Positions 7,788 through 16,332 are shown, counted from the first letter of the stretch. The stretch: DNA of 20,000 nucleotides from an uncultured virus (IMG/VR IMGVR_UViG_3300043958_000209) (IMGVR_UViG_3300043958_000209), one strand, 5' to 3'. Numbers and translations: made by a program. Notes: generated from the letters alone by a model not told the origin.

Positions 7788-10061
7788 TTACTGCAGAAAA
7801 TCTTCCTCTGCACCGGTGTCCTCACGAATGCGCAGCCCTTTAAAAAAGCGCTTCCGATTGAGTGTCAGCCGTTCAAATCCGGCCTTCTCCAGCGCAAAAT
7901 AGAAGTCCGCCGTACTGCGCACATATTCGTTGCAGTCCAGCGAGTAGTTGCGGTACGCCTGATACAGCGACGAGGAGCTTTCCTTAAAGGAGTCATCCAC
8001 CTCGCACTTCTCATCCAGAAAATGCCCGAACCAGTCGTTCTGGCTGCGGTATTCTTCAATGGCCTTCGTCACGCAGTCCGGGATCGGGATCTGGTAGCCC
8101 AGCGCAATTACCTTCTTGGCTCCTTCAATGACCCAGGCCAGAATGCTTTCACCGGCATTTTCATACAGGTACTCGCCGTAATTCTTGATGTCGGTCTTGC
8201 CCTCAATCTTGGCACCGAAGGGAATCACGATGAGCCTGCGCCAGATGCCGTCATCAGACGCGGAAACGCGCGGCAGGTGGTTGGTGTATAAAACCAGCGT
8301 GTGACAGGGCTTGAAGGAGAACGGGTCTTTGTATTTCTTTTCCGCGAACACTTCGTCTGTGGAGCAGAGTTGCTTGACGGTAGAATCATTGAGCCTTGCG
8401 CCTTCCTGCATTTCGGCAGCAATCAGAAGACGCTTGCCCTTGACCTCCGCCATTTCCGGTTTGATGTTCCTGCGGCAGCCGACAGTCAGGGTATCTGCAG
8501 AGATGTTGCCACTGTAAAGGCCCAGCACGCGGGAGATGGCATTCCAGAAGGTTGACTTGCCGTTTCGACCGTCGCCGTAGGCAATAATGAGGGCTTCCAC
8601 ATAAACCTTGCCAATGGCTGCAAGGCCGCAGATCATCTGAACATAGTCAATCAGCTGATGGTCTTTCTGAAAGATGAGGCTTAAGTTATCAAGCCAGAGC
8701 TGCTGGCCCTTGATGCCGGGTGAAACCGAGGTGATCTTCGTAATAAAGTCATTTGCGGAATGCTCCCGCGCACCGGCCATTCCCTTTCTGAGGTCATAGG
8801 TTGCCTCCGGAGTACAGAGCAAAAAGCAGTCGGCATCCAGATCACGCGGCGAGATCTCCAGCATTGGATGGGATTCCTTCAACGTGGATGTGATATTCTT
8901 TGAGTCCCGACGATGGACAGCGAAGCTCTGATATGCCTTGGCAGAGAGAAATTCCTGATAGGTTTCCATCTGGCCTTTGTTCATGAGCTGTTCAGCCTTG
9001 GCCTTGGAGGTGTTGTCCAGAATGTCCTGCGCTCCGCAGTTTTTTAGCTTTTGGGCTGCATCCATCATTGCTTTTGATGATTCGTTCATCTGTCTGCGCG
9101 TCAGCTCATGAGCGACAGCTTGTGCGCCGGGCTCTGTTTCCTGCCAGTAGTGATCGCTGTAACGGATAAAGTGCGTGGACGGAGAGTAGCGGAGCTCGCC
9201 GGAGAAATATTTCGCCAGCACCTCGGCCTGACCGACATCGGAGAAATCCTCCGGCTTGTAGCTGTTTTCGTCGTTGTAGGCTTCGGGAGGAACATATCCG
9301 TCCTCCTTGCTGATCTTTAAATAAAAGCGCTGGGCGCTGTGCCAGATGGTAGAAAGTTCATTGTTATCCAGCGGTGGGACGCAAGTCGCGGCTTTTTCCA
9401 GAAAACTTTGATAGGCCTTTTCGGAATCACCGTATTTCTTGACGACAATACCGGCAAAGCGGGACATGACAGCATTGCGGCTGCCTTCCGGGATAACTGC
9501 GTCTTTTTCATGCCCGCCGGGAAGGCCTGCATCGAACTCGTCGTCATTTAAAAATTCCGTGAGATTCATGCGGCCAGGATAGAGCTCTACATTTGGCTCC
9601 TGTGTACCGAAAAAGAAGCGGGCAGCATCCAGAGCCTTCGTATCAAAATACGGGAAGATGGAATTGACCAGCTTTTTCATGTCGCTGTAAAGGGTAGCAT
9701 CTGTCATCCGGTCGATGGGAAAGAGCACATGGAACTTCGGCCTTGCGGGCTTTCCGTTTTTCTCACGGTTATTGAAGCGGCTGTAGTGGATGGCAATACT
9801 CACGCCAGGAAATGCTTCCAGCACATCGGCAGGTGTGACCCAATCCTTTGGATCTTCCGAGTGATCGTTATCACAGTCAACGGGCAGACAGTCGGCGGAG
9901 ATGAAGTTTTCACCGTTGCGGTAGTGATTCTTGTATTCGGCGCAGACATAGTCATGACAGACAGCCTCTCTCAGGTTGTCCGTATCCATGACGACGGTCT
10001 TGTGCGGGTAGGAGCAGTTGCCGGGATTGCCGGTAAAATCAGCACTATAAAGTGTGAACAT
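7788..10061 (-). CDS. Phage/plasmid P4-family primase-helicase (prim-pol, PriCT-1, D5/SF3 helicase)
   Basis: N-terminal DCDNDH and RPKFHVLFP, PriCT-1-like EGSRN...CVPPL..EL..IW.SA, Walker A GDGRNGKST, and the YTNHLP...DDGIWRRL motif. Confidence 0.93.
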   Translation of the reverse strand: MFTLYSADFTGNPGNCSYPHKTVVMDTDNLREAVCHDYVCAEYKNHYRNGENFISADCLPVDCDNDHSEDPKDWVTPADVLEAFPGVSIAIHYSRFNNREKNGKPARPKFHVLFPIDRMTDATLYSDMKKLVNSIFPYFDTKALDAARFFFGTQEPNVELYPGRMNLTEFLNDDEFDAGLPGGHEKDAVIPEGSRNAVMSRFAGIVVKKYGDSEKAYQSFLEKAATCVPPLDNNELSTIWHSAQRFYLKISKEDGYVPPEAYNDENSYKPEDFSDVGQAEVLAKYFSGELRYSPSTHFIRYSDHYWQETEPGAQAVAHELTRRQMNESSKAMMDAAQKLKNCGAQDILDNTSKAKAEQLMNKGQMETYQEFLSAKAYQSFAVHRRDSKNITSTLKESHPMLEISPRDLDADCFLLCTPEATYDLRKGMAGAREHSANDFITKITSVSPGIKGQQLWLDNLSLIFQKDHQLIDYVQMICGLAAIGKVYVEALIIAYGDGRNGKSTFWNAISRVLGLYSGNISADTLTVGCRRNIKPEMAEVKGKRLLIAAEMQEGARLNDSTVKQLCSTDEVFAEKKYKDPFSFKPCHTLVLYTNHLPRVSASDDGIWRRLIVIPFGAKIEGKTDIKNYGEYLYENAGESILAWVIEGAKKVIALGYQIPIPDCVTKAIEEYRSQNDWFGHFLDEKCEVDDSFKESSSSLYQAYRNYSLDCNEYVRSTADFYFALEKAGFERLTLNRKRFFKGLRIREDTGAEEDFLQ

Positions 10062-10390
10062 CAGTCATACACCTCCCCGGATTCATCTTCGAGCACCTTC
10101 GTGATAAATTTCAGCGCCCGGATCATGGTTTCCAGTTCGCAGTCGCCGCCGAGAGTGACTTCAAAACCGTTGCAGCCGTACTTGTCCATGAAAGGCGTGA
10201 CATGAATATCCGTGCAGGTCTCATCGGAGATACGGAAATAGGTGCGGCTGCCATGCCCGGTGTCGCCGCCCTGATAGCCATTTGTCCCAGCTTCAACTTC
10301 GAGAATATTGGCGCTTACAACATCACGGGTATAGGTCGTGATTTCTGTGCCGTCCTGCAGCTTCCTGCGATTTTCTTTAACTTCATACAT
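10061..10390 (-). CDS. Conserved phage hypothetical protein
   Basis: 109 aa (LEVEAGTNGYQGGDTGHGSRTYFRI...GDCEL), coupled to the primase start, with an AGGAGG RBS. Confidence 0.8.
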   Translation of the reverse strand: MYEVKENRRKLQDGTEITTYTRDVVSANILEVEAGTNGYQGGDTGHGSRTYFRISDETCTDIHVTPFMDKYGCNGFEVTLGGDCELETMIRALKFITKVLEDESGEVYD

Positions 10391-10394
10391 AGCG

Positions 10395-10880
10395 TTAAAC
10401 CTCCTGACATTCTTCTGTGAAATAGCGCAGGCAGTGGTTTTTCCACTTGGCGCGTTTGATTTCTGATTCCATTCCGGACGAGATGCGGTTTCCGAATACC
10501 CAGACCTCCGAGCATTTGCTCATGAGGGCATTCCCAAAAAACAGTCCCAGTTCCCGTTCGTCCGGGCGGCTGTCAGCCAGAAACTGCGGAAACAACAGAT
10601 GTGGGGCGATGGGGATATATCCCTGCTCTACGGCAAAGCGGCTGTAGCGTCTTGCGGCGGCGACGTTTCCTTCCACATCACCGGAATAGGGTGAGCAGAT
10701 GTAGACGATAGGCCGGAATGCGCGAAGCGCTTGTTTTTCACTGTTCTGGATATTGGCCAGTGCTTCTGCCGCAGTCGGGTCGGGAGTCTCGGCTGCCGCC
10801 TCGGTCGGTGCTTCTGTGCTGCGCACAGAGGTCTCCACTGGAGACCCGCACCCCTCGCCATTTTGATAATCAAGATTCAA
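10395..10880 (-). CDS. DUF4406-like / nucleoside 2-deoxyribosyltransferase-like phage protein carrying an in-frame insertion
   Basis: RPIVYICSPYSGD...PIAPHLLFPQF...CSEVWVFG..ISSGM..EI. The start is a TTG after AAGGAG. Confidence 0.8.
   Translation of the reverse strand: MNLDYQNGEGCGSPVETSVRSTEAPTEAAAETPDPTAAEALANIQNSEKQALRAFRPIVYICSPYSGDVEGNVAAARRYSRFAVEQGYIPIAPHLLFPQFLADSRPDERELGLFFGNALMSKCSEVWVFGNRISSGMESEIKRAKWKNHCLRYFTEECQEV
10785..10850. mobile_element. Small (about 63-66 bp) palindromic element inserted in frame in a coding sequence
   Basis: The extra peptide CGSPVETSVRSTEAPTEAAAET splits the expected N.EG.PDPT motif. The DNA has hairpins GGTCTCC-AGT-GGAGACC and CTGTGC-GCA-GCACAG. Confidence 0.65.
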
Positions 10881-10933
10881 TTTGGAGTTCTCCTTTCCGG
10901 GTGGATATAGAAAAGGCGTCCACCTCTAATTTC

Positions 10934-10964
10934 CCACTGGAGATGAACGCCTGATTTGAGCGGA
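10934..10964 (-). promoter_or_regulatory. Copy 1 of bipartite motif TCCGCTCAAAT-N7-TCATCTCCAGTGG; putative phage-sigma promoter
   Basis: Both boxes and their spacing are identical to the copy at 15440-15470. It is intergenic, between the polymerase and DUF4406-like genes. Confidence 0.65.
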
Positions 10965-10970
10965 TATTTT

Positions 10971-12959
10971 TTAATCTTTTTTATAAAAGTCTGTAACGTA
11001 GCCATCAGCACGGAGCCTGAGACCGGGAGCCCACGGCGGTGTTCTGCCCATCTGCGCACACAGTACGTCAAGCGACATTTGCGGGTCGGCTTCGATGACC
11101 AGCTCATCATGGATGTGCATGACAATGGAACAGCAGCGCAGCGTCTTCATGGCGAAGCAGAGGATGTCGCGGGAGGTTGCCTGTACGATGTTTTCCACAA
11201 ATTTCGGGCCATAGGAATCAAGACGTTCCCATTTCTTTGTGGAACCGATACCTTCATAGGTGATGCATTCGCCGCCGAACTTGTTCGTCCCGACCTTCGG
11301 CTTCACATAGGCAAGGTTCCTGCCGGAAGGAAGCGTAATAAAGAGCATCCCGGAGCGGCAGGAGAAGGTCAGACCGTGGCTGCTGGTTGTATGCTTATGC
11401 TTGACCGCTTCCATGACTGCGAGGTCAACGTCCCACCAGAACTGGACGATACGGGGATTTGTCTGCCGCCAAGCGTCTACCAGCGGAGGAAGCTCGTTCT
11501 CTGAAAGCCCCATCTCGATGGCACCCATAGCTTTGAGTGCACCGACCGAGCCGCCATAGCCAAGCGCCAATTCAGCAATTTTGCCTTTTTGGCGCAGGTG
11601 GTCGTTTATGCCATGTTTCACTACAGGAACATGGAACATCTGACTGGCGCTGGCGCAGTAAATGTCGCCGCCATCTTCAAAAACCTTTTGCCGCCAGGTC
11701 TCACCTGCATACCATGCGATAACTCGTGCCTCGATGGCACTGAAGTCGGAAACATAAAACTGACAGCCATCCTTCGGAATAAAAGCAGTGCGGATCAGTT
11801 GCGAGAGCGTATCCGGCACATCCTCATAGAGCATTTTCATTGCATCAAAGTCACCGGATTTGACAAGTGCGCGGGCGTCTGCGAGATCTTCAAGATGATT
11901 CTGCGGAAGATTTTGTAATTGAATCAGTCTGCCTGCCCAGCGGCCTGTGCGGTTGGCTCCGTAAAAAGCAAAGCAGCCGTGCGCTCTGCCGTCATCGCAT
12001 GCGGCGCGTTCCATCGTCTGATATTTCCGGACAGAGGACTTGGCAAGCTGCTGGCGAAGTGTGAGAACGGTCTGCAGCTCTGGAGAGGCAGTTTTTAAGA
12101 GCTCTGCCACGGCCTTTTTGCCGAGCGTATCGGTTTCGAGTCCGTTTGCCGCGAGCCATTCCTTCATCTGCTGGACGCTGTTTGGATTATCAAGGGCAGT
12201 GAGTTTTTTCATTGCTGCGGTCAGCTCCGTCCGGGAGCGGGTATCCATTTCGATGGCCTTCTGCACCAGATCCATGTCGAGGCGGACACCACGGTCGTTG
12301 ATTTCCTGATCAATGTGGTATTCATCCCAGACAGATTCCGGCACCGGAAACTTGGAAAGCCTTGTTTTGATGCCCATTTCTGTTTCCACATCCCGAAGGT
12401 TATAGCGTTTGAAAGTCTCCCATTTGTCCGGCGCATCCGCAGGAAGGTTCCGGGTGCGACCGCCATTTGCTTTTGTTGGAGTGCAGGGTACTGAAAAGTA
12501 TTTGATGAGTTCCTTGCCCTCTGTGAGCTTCTGCTTCTCAAGGCCGAGGACAGTGCCGACGCCTTCCAGCGAAAGCGGCAGTCCCATTGTTGCGGCCCAG
12601 ACCATAGAGCAGTGCCAGCTTCCTGGATTCAGAAACCGGGCGCACTCTTTTGAGAGTGGGTGGTTATCATGGAACGGATCAAGACTTATACCAATGTCTG
12701 AAAGATACCGGGACAGGCAGACCCGTTCAAAGTTTGCATTGAACGCCCACTTGGTGACGGAATCATCGGTCAGGGCATCAATCAGCTCCTGCGGCAAATG
12801 CTCGCCCTGCGCGAGGTCAATAACCTGGACTTCATTTCCATCAAAGGAATAACCGAAGAGCAGAATCTCAAAGTTCGGAGATTCCGTGTATTTATAAACG
12901 CCGCACTTTGCCAGATTTACGTCGCTGTAGGTTTCAATATCGATACTGAGTGTTTTCAT
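10971..12959 (-). CDS. Phage family A DNA polymerase with 3'-5' exonuclease domain
   Basis: ExoI DIET, ExoII FNANFE, TGRWAG, motif A SDFSAIEARV, motif B RQKGKIAELALGYG, motif C HIHDE. ATG 12959 follows GAGGTG. Confidence 0.95.
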   Translation of the reverse strand: MKTLSIDIETYSDVNLAKCGVYKYTESPNFEILLFGYSFDGNEVQVIDLAQGEHLPQELIDALTDDSVTKWAFNANFERVCLSRYLSDIGISLDPFHDNHPLSKECARFLNPGSWHCSMVWAATMGLPLSLEGVGTVLGLEKQKLTEGKELIKYFSVPCTPTKANGGRTRNLPADAPDKWETFKRYNLRDVETEMGIKTRLSKFPVPESVWDEYHIDQEINDRGVRLDMDLVQKAIEMDTRSRTELTAAMKKLTALDNPNSVQQMKEWLAANGLETDTLGKKAVAELLKTASPELQTVLTLRQQLAKSSVRKYQTMERAACDDGRAHGCFAFYGANRTGRWAGRLIQLQNLPQNHLEDLADARALVKSGDFDAMKMLYEDVPDTLSQLIRTAFIPKDGCQFYVSDFSAIEARVIAWYAGETWRQKVFEDGGDIYCASASQMFHVPVVKHGINDHLRQKGKIAELALGYGGSVGALKAMGAIEMGLSENELPPLVDAWRQTNPRIVQFWWDVDLAVMEAVKHKHTTSSHGLTFSCRSGMLFITLPSGRNLAYVKPKVGTNKFGGECITYEGIGSTKKWERLDSYGPKFVENIVQATSRDILCFAMKTLRCCSIVMHIHDELVIEADPQMSLDVLCAQMGRTPPWAPGLRLRADGYVTDFYKKD

Positions 12960-12979
12960 GGATTTCACCTCAATTCAAA

Positions 12980-13009
12980 CAAGCGGCAGAGATTGCTCCC
13001 TGCCGCCTG
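12980..13009 (-). terminator. Stem-loop upstream of the DNA polymerase gene (terminator/attenuator-like)
   Basis: Minus strand CAGGCGGCAGGGA-GCAA-TCTCTGCCGCTTG followed by TTT. Confidence 0.55.
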
Positions 13010-13016
13010 CGTTGTG

Positions 13017-13202
13017 TTAGTTGTCAGAGTCCTTTTTGACTTTTGCTTCCTTGTCTTTCTTAGCAAGACGCTTTTTCTCATGCCTGTCTTCAATCCAAAA
13101 CTTGATGGAGAGGAAAACACCGCTGATTAAAAAGCCTACCGTAGCTCCGAAGCAGACCGCTCCGAAGCAGACCGAGAGCATCATTGACTGATATGTTGTC
13201 AT
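13017..13202 (-). CDS. Small single-TM hypothetical protein
   Basis: 61 aa with a hydrophobic N-terminal half and a Lys-rich tail; AAGGAAGG RBS. Confidence 0.7.
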   Translation of the reverse strand: MTTYQSMMLSVCFGAVCFGATVGFLISGVFLSIKFWIEDRHEKKRLAKKDKEAKVKKDSDN

Positions 13203-13215
13203 GGTCGCGCCTTCC

Positions 13216-13788
13216 TTAATTCAGAAAGTCTTCATCGTCTTCAGTGACGAAGTCAGACTCAGCACTTGCCTTGCCGCCAAGAGGCTCGCCGTCGCGGATC
13301 TTCTGCAGGTTATTGAGGCCGCAGGCGATTCCCTTGTTGCCGGAAGAATTGAAAGCGTAAAATGTAATGCTGGCTCTGCCGTAGACGCCGGAGTACACTT
13401 CGGAACGTGTCAGAATGGGATTCAGGTCTGCGTCCACGATACCTGGAGCAGAGGTGGCATTGGCGTTTACAAAGTAGGAATTCCTGTAGGCTTTGTCGTC
13501 CGGGCGTTCTGCATCGCCATCGCGCAGCGGGGTTTTCAGTACAGAGAGCGCAGGGACAGCCTTGCCGCTGCCCTTGAGCTTTGCTTCGCCTTCTTTATAA
13601 GCGGCTTCAATAGCAGCCTGAATTTTGGCAATGGTCTTGGTGTCAGACTTCGGAATAATGAGGCTCACGCTGTACTTCGGTGTGCCGCCGTTAATAGACT
13701 TCGGTTCCCAGATGTTTGCGTAGCTCCAACGGGTGTCGGAACCGGTGATAACCTTCATGGGGTTGCTGATTTTCGTATTCTTACTCAT
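13216..13788 (-). CDS. DUF2815 family protein (T7 gp2.5-like ssDNA-binding protein)
   Basis: RWSYANIWEPKSINGGTPKYSVSLIIPKSD...PLRDGD..R...EVYSGVY...GIACGLNNLQK..DGEPLGG, with acidic tail EDDEDFLN. Confidence 0.9.
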   Translation of the reverse strand: MSKNTKISNPMKVITGSDTRWSYANIWEPKSINGGTPKYSVSLIIPKSDTKTIAKIQAAIEAAYKEGEAKLKGSGKAVPALSVLKTPLRDGDAERPDDKAYRNSYFVNANATSAPGIVDADLNPILTRSEVYSGVYGRASITFYAFNSSGNKGIACGLNNLQKIRDGEPLGGKASAESDFVTEDDEDFLN

Positions 13789-14920
13789 AATGTTTTTCCT
13801 CCATAAAATCATTTTTTGCTGTATTCATGGCCGGGCGTTTATCGTTTTCCGGCGCAAGAGTGGGTTTGCCCTGCGGCTTTTCGATGTAAGCTGTCAGGAG
13901 TTCATTGAAGCGGGACTTACCGAGGAGCTTCTGCATGGCAGTGACGCCGAGCAGCTTCTTTTCATACGGATCAAATCCTGCTTCCTCGACCGTCTGGATA
14001 ACAGCGGCCTCGTTACTGTACTTACGGTTGGATCGGCCTTCAACCAGTTTCCAGCCGTTCCATTCCTTCCCGGAGAGCGCCTGCTGCAGGGCATATTCCT
14101 TGATGTCGGATGCCCAGCTGATCAGCTCGTCCACCTTAGAAAGAATGACTTCGACTTCGGTATCCGTCAGGAGCGGCGGGAGTTTGAAATCGTACTGTGC
14201 CAGCCTCAGATTGGCTTCGGCCCTGGCCCGGCATTCATTTCTTGCTTTGCAAAAGCCGCACCATTCTCCGCAGAGAAAGTTTCCATCTCCGGCAAAGGCA
14301 AGCACTGCTGTCGGTTTCAGGACTTCGTCTGCCCAGCGGTATAAATCGTCCTTACTGATATCGAAGGTGCTGACATTCTGCCGTCTTGGCTGGTAGATGG
14401 TCATGCTGACCTGATCGATGTCGTAGATGTCATCAAAGAGTTCCAAAGCACCGAGGGCGTAGCACTGCATCTGCGGGTTTTCTTCAGCGGAAACAAGAAC
14501 GCCGAGGCCGTATTTGAAATCAATGACCCGGAGCGTGCCATCCGCGATGATGACGCAGTCGGCGGTACCGAAGCCCTGTTCTACCCAGCGGGAGAAATCT
14601 ACTCGCTGCTCAATCAGGACAACCGGATCAGTGCAGGCCTTCTTTGCGGCTTCGACCTGTTCCAGCACGAATTCGGCATAACCACTGGTGCAGTTATCCA
14701 TCTCTTCGGAATACCAGGAAAGCCCATCTGTCGGATCGTCTGCCGGAAGCCCCAGTGCTTTCTTAAGCTTGAATTCCGCAAGCGCATGAGCATCGGTGCC
14801 TTCGGCTGCGTAGTCACTTCCTTTATCTTCGTAGGTCTCGCAGAGCCGTGCCGACGGCGGACAATGAATCCACCTGTCAGCGCCGGAGGCGGAGAGGATC
14901 GCGTGCTGCTTATTTCCCAT
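13781..14920 (-). CDS. DUF2800 family Cas4-like PD-(D/E)xK exonuclease
   Basis: HAILSAS...RWIHCPPS, EGTDAH, GFGTAD, IDFKYG, NPQMQCYALG, and C-terminal WCGFCKA...CRARA cysteines. Confidence 0.9.
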   Translation of the reverse strand: MGNKQHAILSASGADRWIHCPPSARLCETYEDKGSDYAAEGTDAHALAEFKLKKALGLPADDPTDGLSWYSEEMDNCTSGYAEFVLEQVEAAKKACTDPVVLIEQRVDFSRWVEQGFGTADCVIIADGTLRVIDFKYGLGVLVSAEENPQMQCYALGALELFDDIYDIDQVSMTIYQPRRQNVSTFDISKDDLYRWADEVLKPTAVLAFAGDGNFLCGEWCGFCKARNECRARAEANLRLAQYDFKLPPLLTDTEVEVILSKVDELISWASDIKEYALQQALSGKEWNGWKLVEGRSNRKYSNEAAVIQTVEEAGFDPYEKKLLGVTAMQKLLGKSRFNELLTAYIEKPQGKPTLAPENDKRPAMNTAKNDFMEEKHYE

Positions 14921-15248
14921 TTCCGATTGCCTCCGCGTCCTTCATCAGGGACTCATAGTTTGCCGGGTCGATAGCGGAGAGCTTTGTCGCTCCGTATTTC
15001 TGGAGCAGGTCACGTACCTCGGCAGTGTGTCCTGCGCGGGATTTCCCGGCGAGAACGGATCTTACGTCCTCCAGCTTTAATTCCGGCTTGGGTTCTTCTT
15101 TTGTAGCAGCAGTTTCAGAAATTTGCTGCTTATTGGAATCGTCTGTGCCGGAGAACTGCTGGTAAAGCCAGTCGGCTGCGTCGTTAATAGCGGCAGCAGC
15201 ACTGTGGAGATCTTCGATTGTCTGTTTCATGTCTGCCATTTTGCTCAT
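14910..15248 (-). CDS. Conserved phage hypothetical protein
   Basis: MSKMADM...LEDVRSVLAGKSRAGHTAEVRDLLQKYGATKLS.IDP..Y. This type of protein usually precedes DUF2800. Confidence 0.8.
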   Translation of the reverse strand: MSKMADMKQTIEDLHSAAAAINDAADWLYQQFSGTDDSNKQQISETAATKEEPKPELKLEDVRSVLAGKSRAGHTAEVRDLLQKYGATKLSAIDPANYESLMKDAEAIGNGK

Positions 15249-15393
15249 AGGTTCTTTCTCCTTTCTCGGATTGTCTTTGCGCGGCAAGAATTGAAAGATT
15301 TCTTGCCAGTCGGGCGGATACGTGGCTGATGGAGTTCAGAAGCTGAATCTCCTCGCGGACGTTCCCTCCGGTGTCTGTGTAACTTGATTTCAT
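15184..15393 (-). CDS. Small phage hypothetical protein
   Basis: ATG 15393 follows GAGGTG; EEIQLLNSISHVSARLARNL helix. Its 3' end overlaps the next gene. Confidence 0.55.
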   Translation of the reverse strand: MKSSYTDTGGNVREEIQLLNSISHVSARLARNLSILAAQRQSEKGERTYEQNGRHETDNRRSPQCCCRY

Positions 15394-15439
15394 CGTGCTC
15401 ACCTCGCTTCCTGAAGGCCTTTTCTCTGTCCTTCAACTT

Positions 15440-15470
15440 CCACTGGAGATGAGCAGACAATTTGAGCGGA
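15440..15470 (-). promoter_or_regulatory. Copy 2 of bipartite motif TCCGCTCAAAT-N7-TCATCTCCAGTGG; putative phage-sigma promoter
   Basis: Lies immediately after the terminator of the sigma-like gene and before the replication operon. Boxes are identical to 10934-10964. Confidence 0.65.
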
Positions 15471-15472
15471 GA

Positions 15473-15523
15473 AAAAATAAAAAATTCCGACCACTATCCT
15501 GATGAGGGACAGTGGCCGGAATT
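15473..15523 (-). terminator. Intrinsic terminator after the sigma-like gene
   Basis: Minus strand AATTCCGGCCACTGTCC ... GGATAGTGGTCGGAATT stem (with G-U pairs) followed by TTTTATTTTTT. Confidence 0.8.
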
Positions 15524-15545
15524 GCTGCGGTTCGTGGTCTGGGTA

Positions 15546-16065
15546 TTACTTATCACCGGTGATCCTGCGCAGATCAATCCTGTACTTCTTCATCTGATCC
15601 GCGAAGGTTTTCTGTGGGCGACCGAGTTCTCTTGCAATAGCACGGTCAGAGATACCTTCCGGATGATCCATCCAGAGTTGAATGATTGTATTCGCTTCTG
15701 GATCAAGTTCGCGTAGACGGGCAAAAAGCTGTTCCAATAATATGCGGTCGGAGATGAGTTTCTCTATAGGCGTGTTGTTGTCCGGCAGATAGTCGTACAT
15801 TGCCGTTACCGTCCGGATTTGTAACGTCAAGAGAAAGGGTGTCCCCTGCTGCATGGTATTCGCAGCCGATGCAGTCGCCATCGCATTTCCATGCATAACG
15901 GTAAGGGCACATGCACCTGCCGTGATCCTGTTCCTTGTGACGGATGCGGTCGGCTTCCTTATAGAAAGCATCGTGCTGTTCTTTTGAGACGGGCACCTTT
16001 TCAGCGGTGCTACGGATGAAGATGAAGTAGGTCTTCTGTTTACTATCGTTTTCATTGTTTTTCAT
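15546..16065 (-). pseudogene. Phage sigma-70 region 4-type regulator with Cys-rich N-terminus; frameshifted
   Basis: The N-terminal half (ORF 15703..16065: RCMC...CDGDCIGCEYH...SLD) switches near 15800 (GGC A ATG TAC) into the frame encoding MYDYLPD...LEQLFARLRELDP...GISDRAIARELGRPQKTF. The joined protein would be about 173 aa. Confidence 0.85.
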
Positions 16066-16067
16066 AT

Positions 16068-16282
16068 TGAAACCTCCCAGTTTCGAGTTGCTTCCCGAGC
16101 CGGAGGTTTCACTGAAAAGAGCGCAGTTGACCTGTCGGAACGGGAAACTAATCCGTTTCGATGGCCAACCACGCTCGTAGGTTGGTTTATTCAGTTGTGA
16201 CCGCTATTTCTGTTCGAGCCACTCTACATGCCGGGTGAACGTCCATAACGGTGAGCCTTTTAACGCCATGCTCATGGCATCA
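16068..16282 (-). ncRNA. Structured leader or small RNA upstream of the sigma-like gene; candidate DUF2800-type phage RNA motif
   Basis: Clustered hairpins: TGAAACCTCC/GGAGGTTTCA (16068-16111, covering the RBS), TCGGAACGG/CCGTTTCGA (16135-16161), CCAACC/GGTTGG (16165-16185), GCCATG/CATGGC (16265-16278). No credible ORF. Confidence 0.45.
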
Positions 16283-16332
16283 ATTAAATATTTACGTTCA
16301 TAAAATATTTACTCCTGAACGCTAATAATTTA

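Noticed and set aside
13145..13175. Tandem repeat GCTCCGAAGCAGACC / GCTCCGAAGCAGACC in the small TM gene (VCFGA VCFGA)
   Set aside because: It is a single in-frame 15-bp duplication with no sign of an array or function.
13201..14396. Long plus-strand ORFs of 201, 203 and 163 aa
   Set aside because: They lie fully antisense to DUF2815/DUF2800, as expected from codon bias.
13781..14920. Cas4-like nuclease as evidence for a CRISPR-Cas locus
   Set aside because: There is no repeat-spacer array or other cas gene. DUF2800 with DUF2815 and PolA is a standard phage replication/recombination module.
15546..16055. 169-aa ORF and overlapping 120-aa ORF as two separate genes
   Set aside because: They are better explained as one frameshifted sigma-like gene; each ORF is protein-like only on its own side of about 15800.
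16295..16321. CGTTCA...TGAACG inverted repeat as an SOS (LexA/DinR) box
   Set aside because: Half-site order and spacing do not match the Bacillota GAAC-N4-GTTC consensus. It may still be an operator or hairpin, but support is thin.
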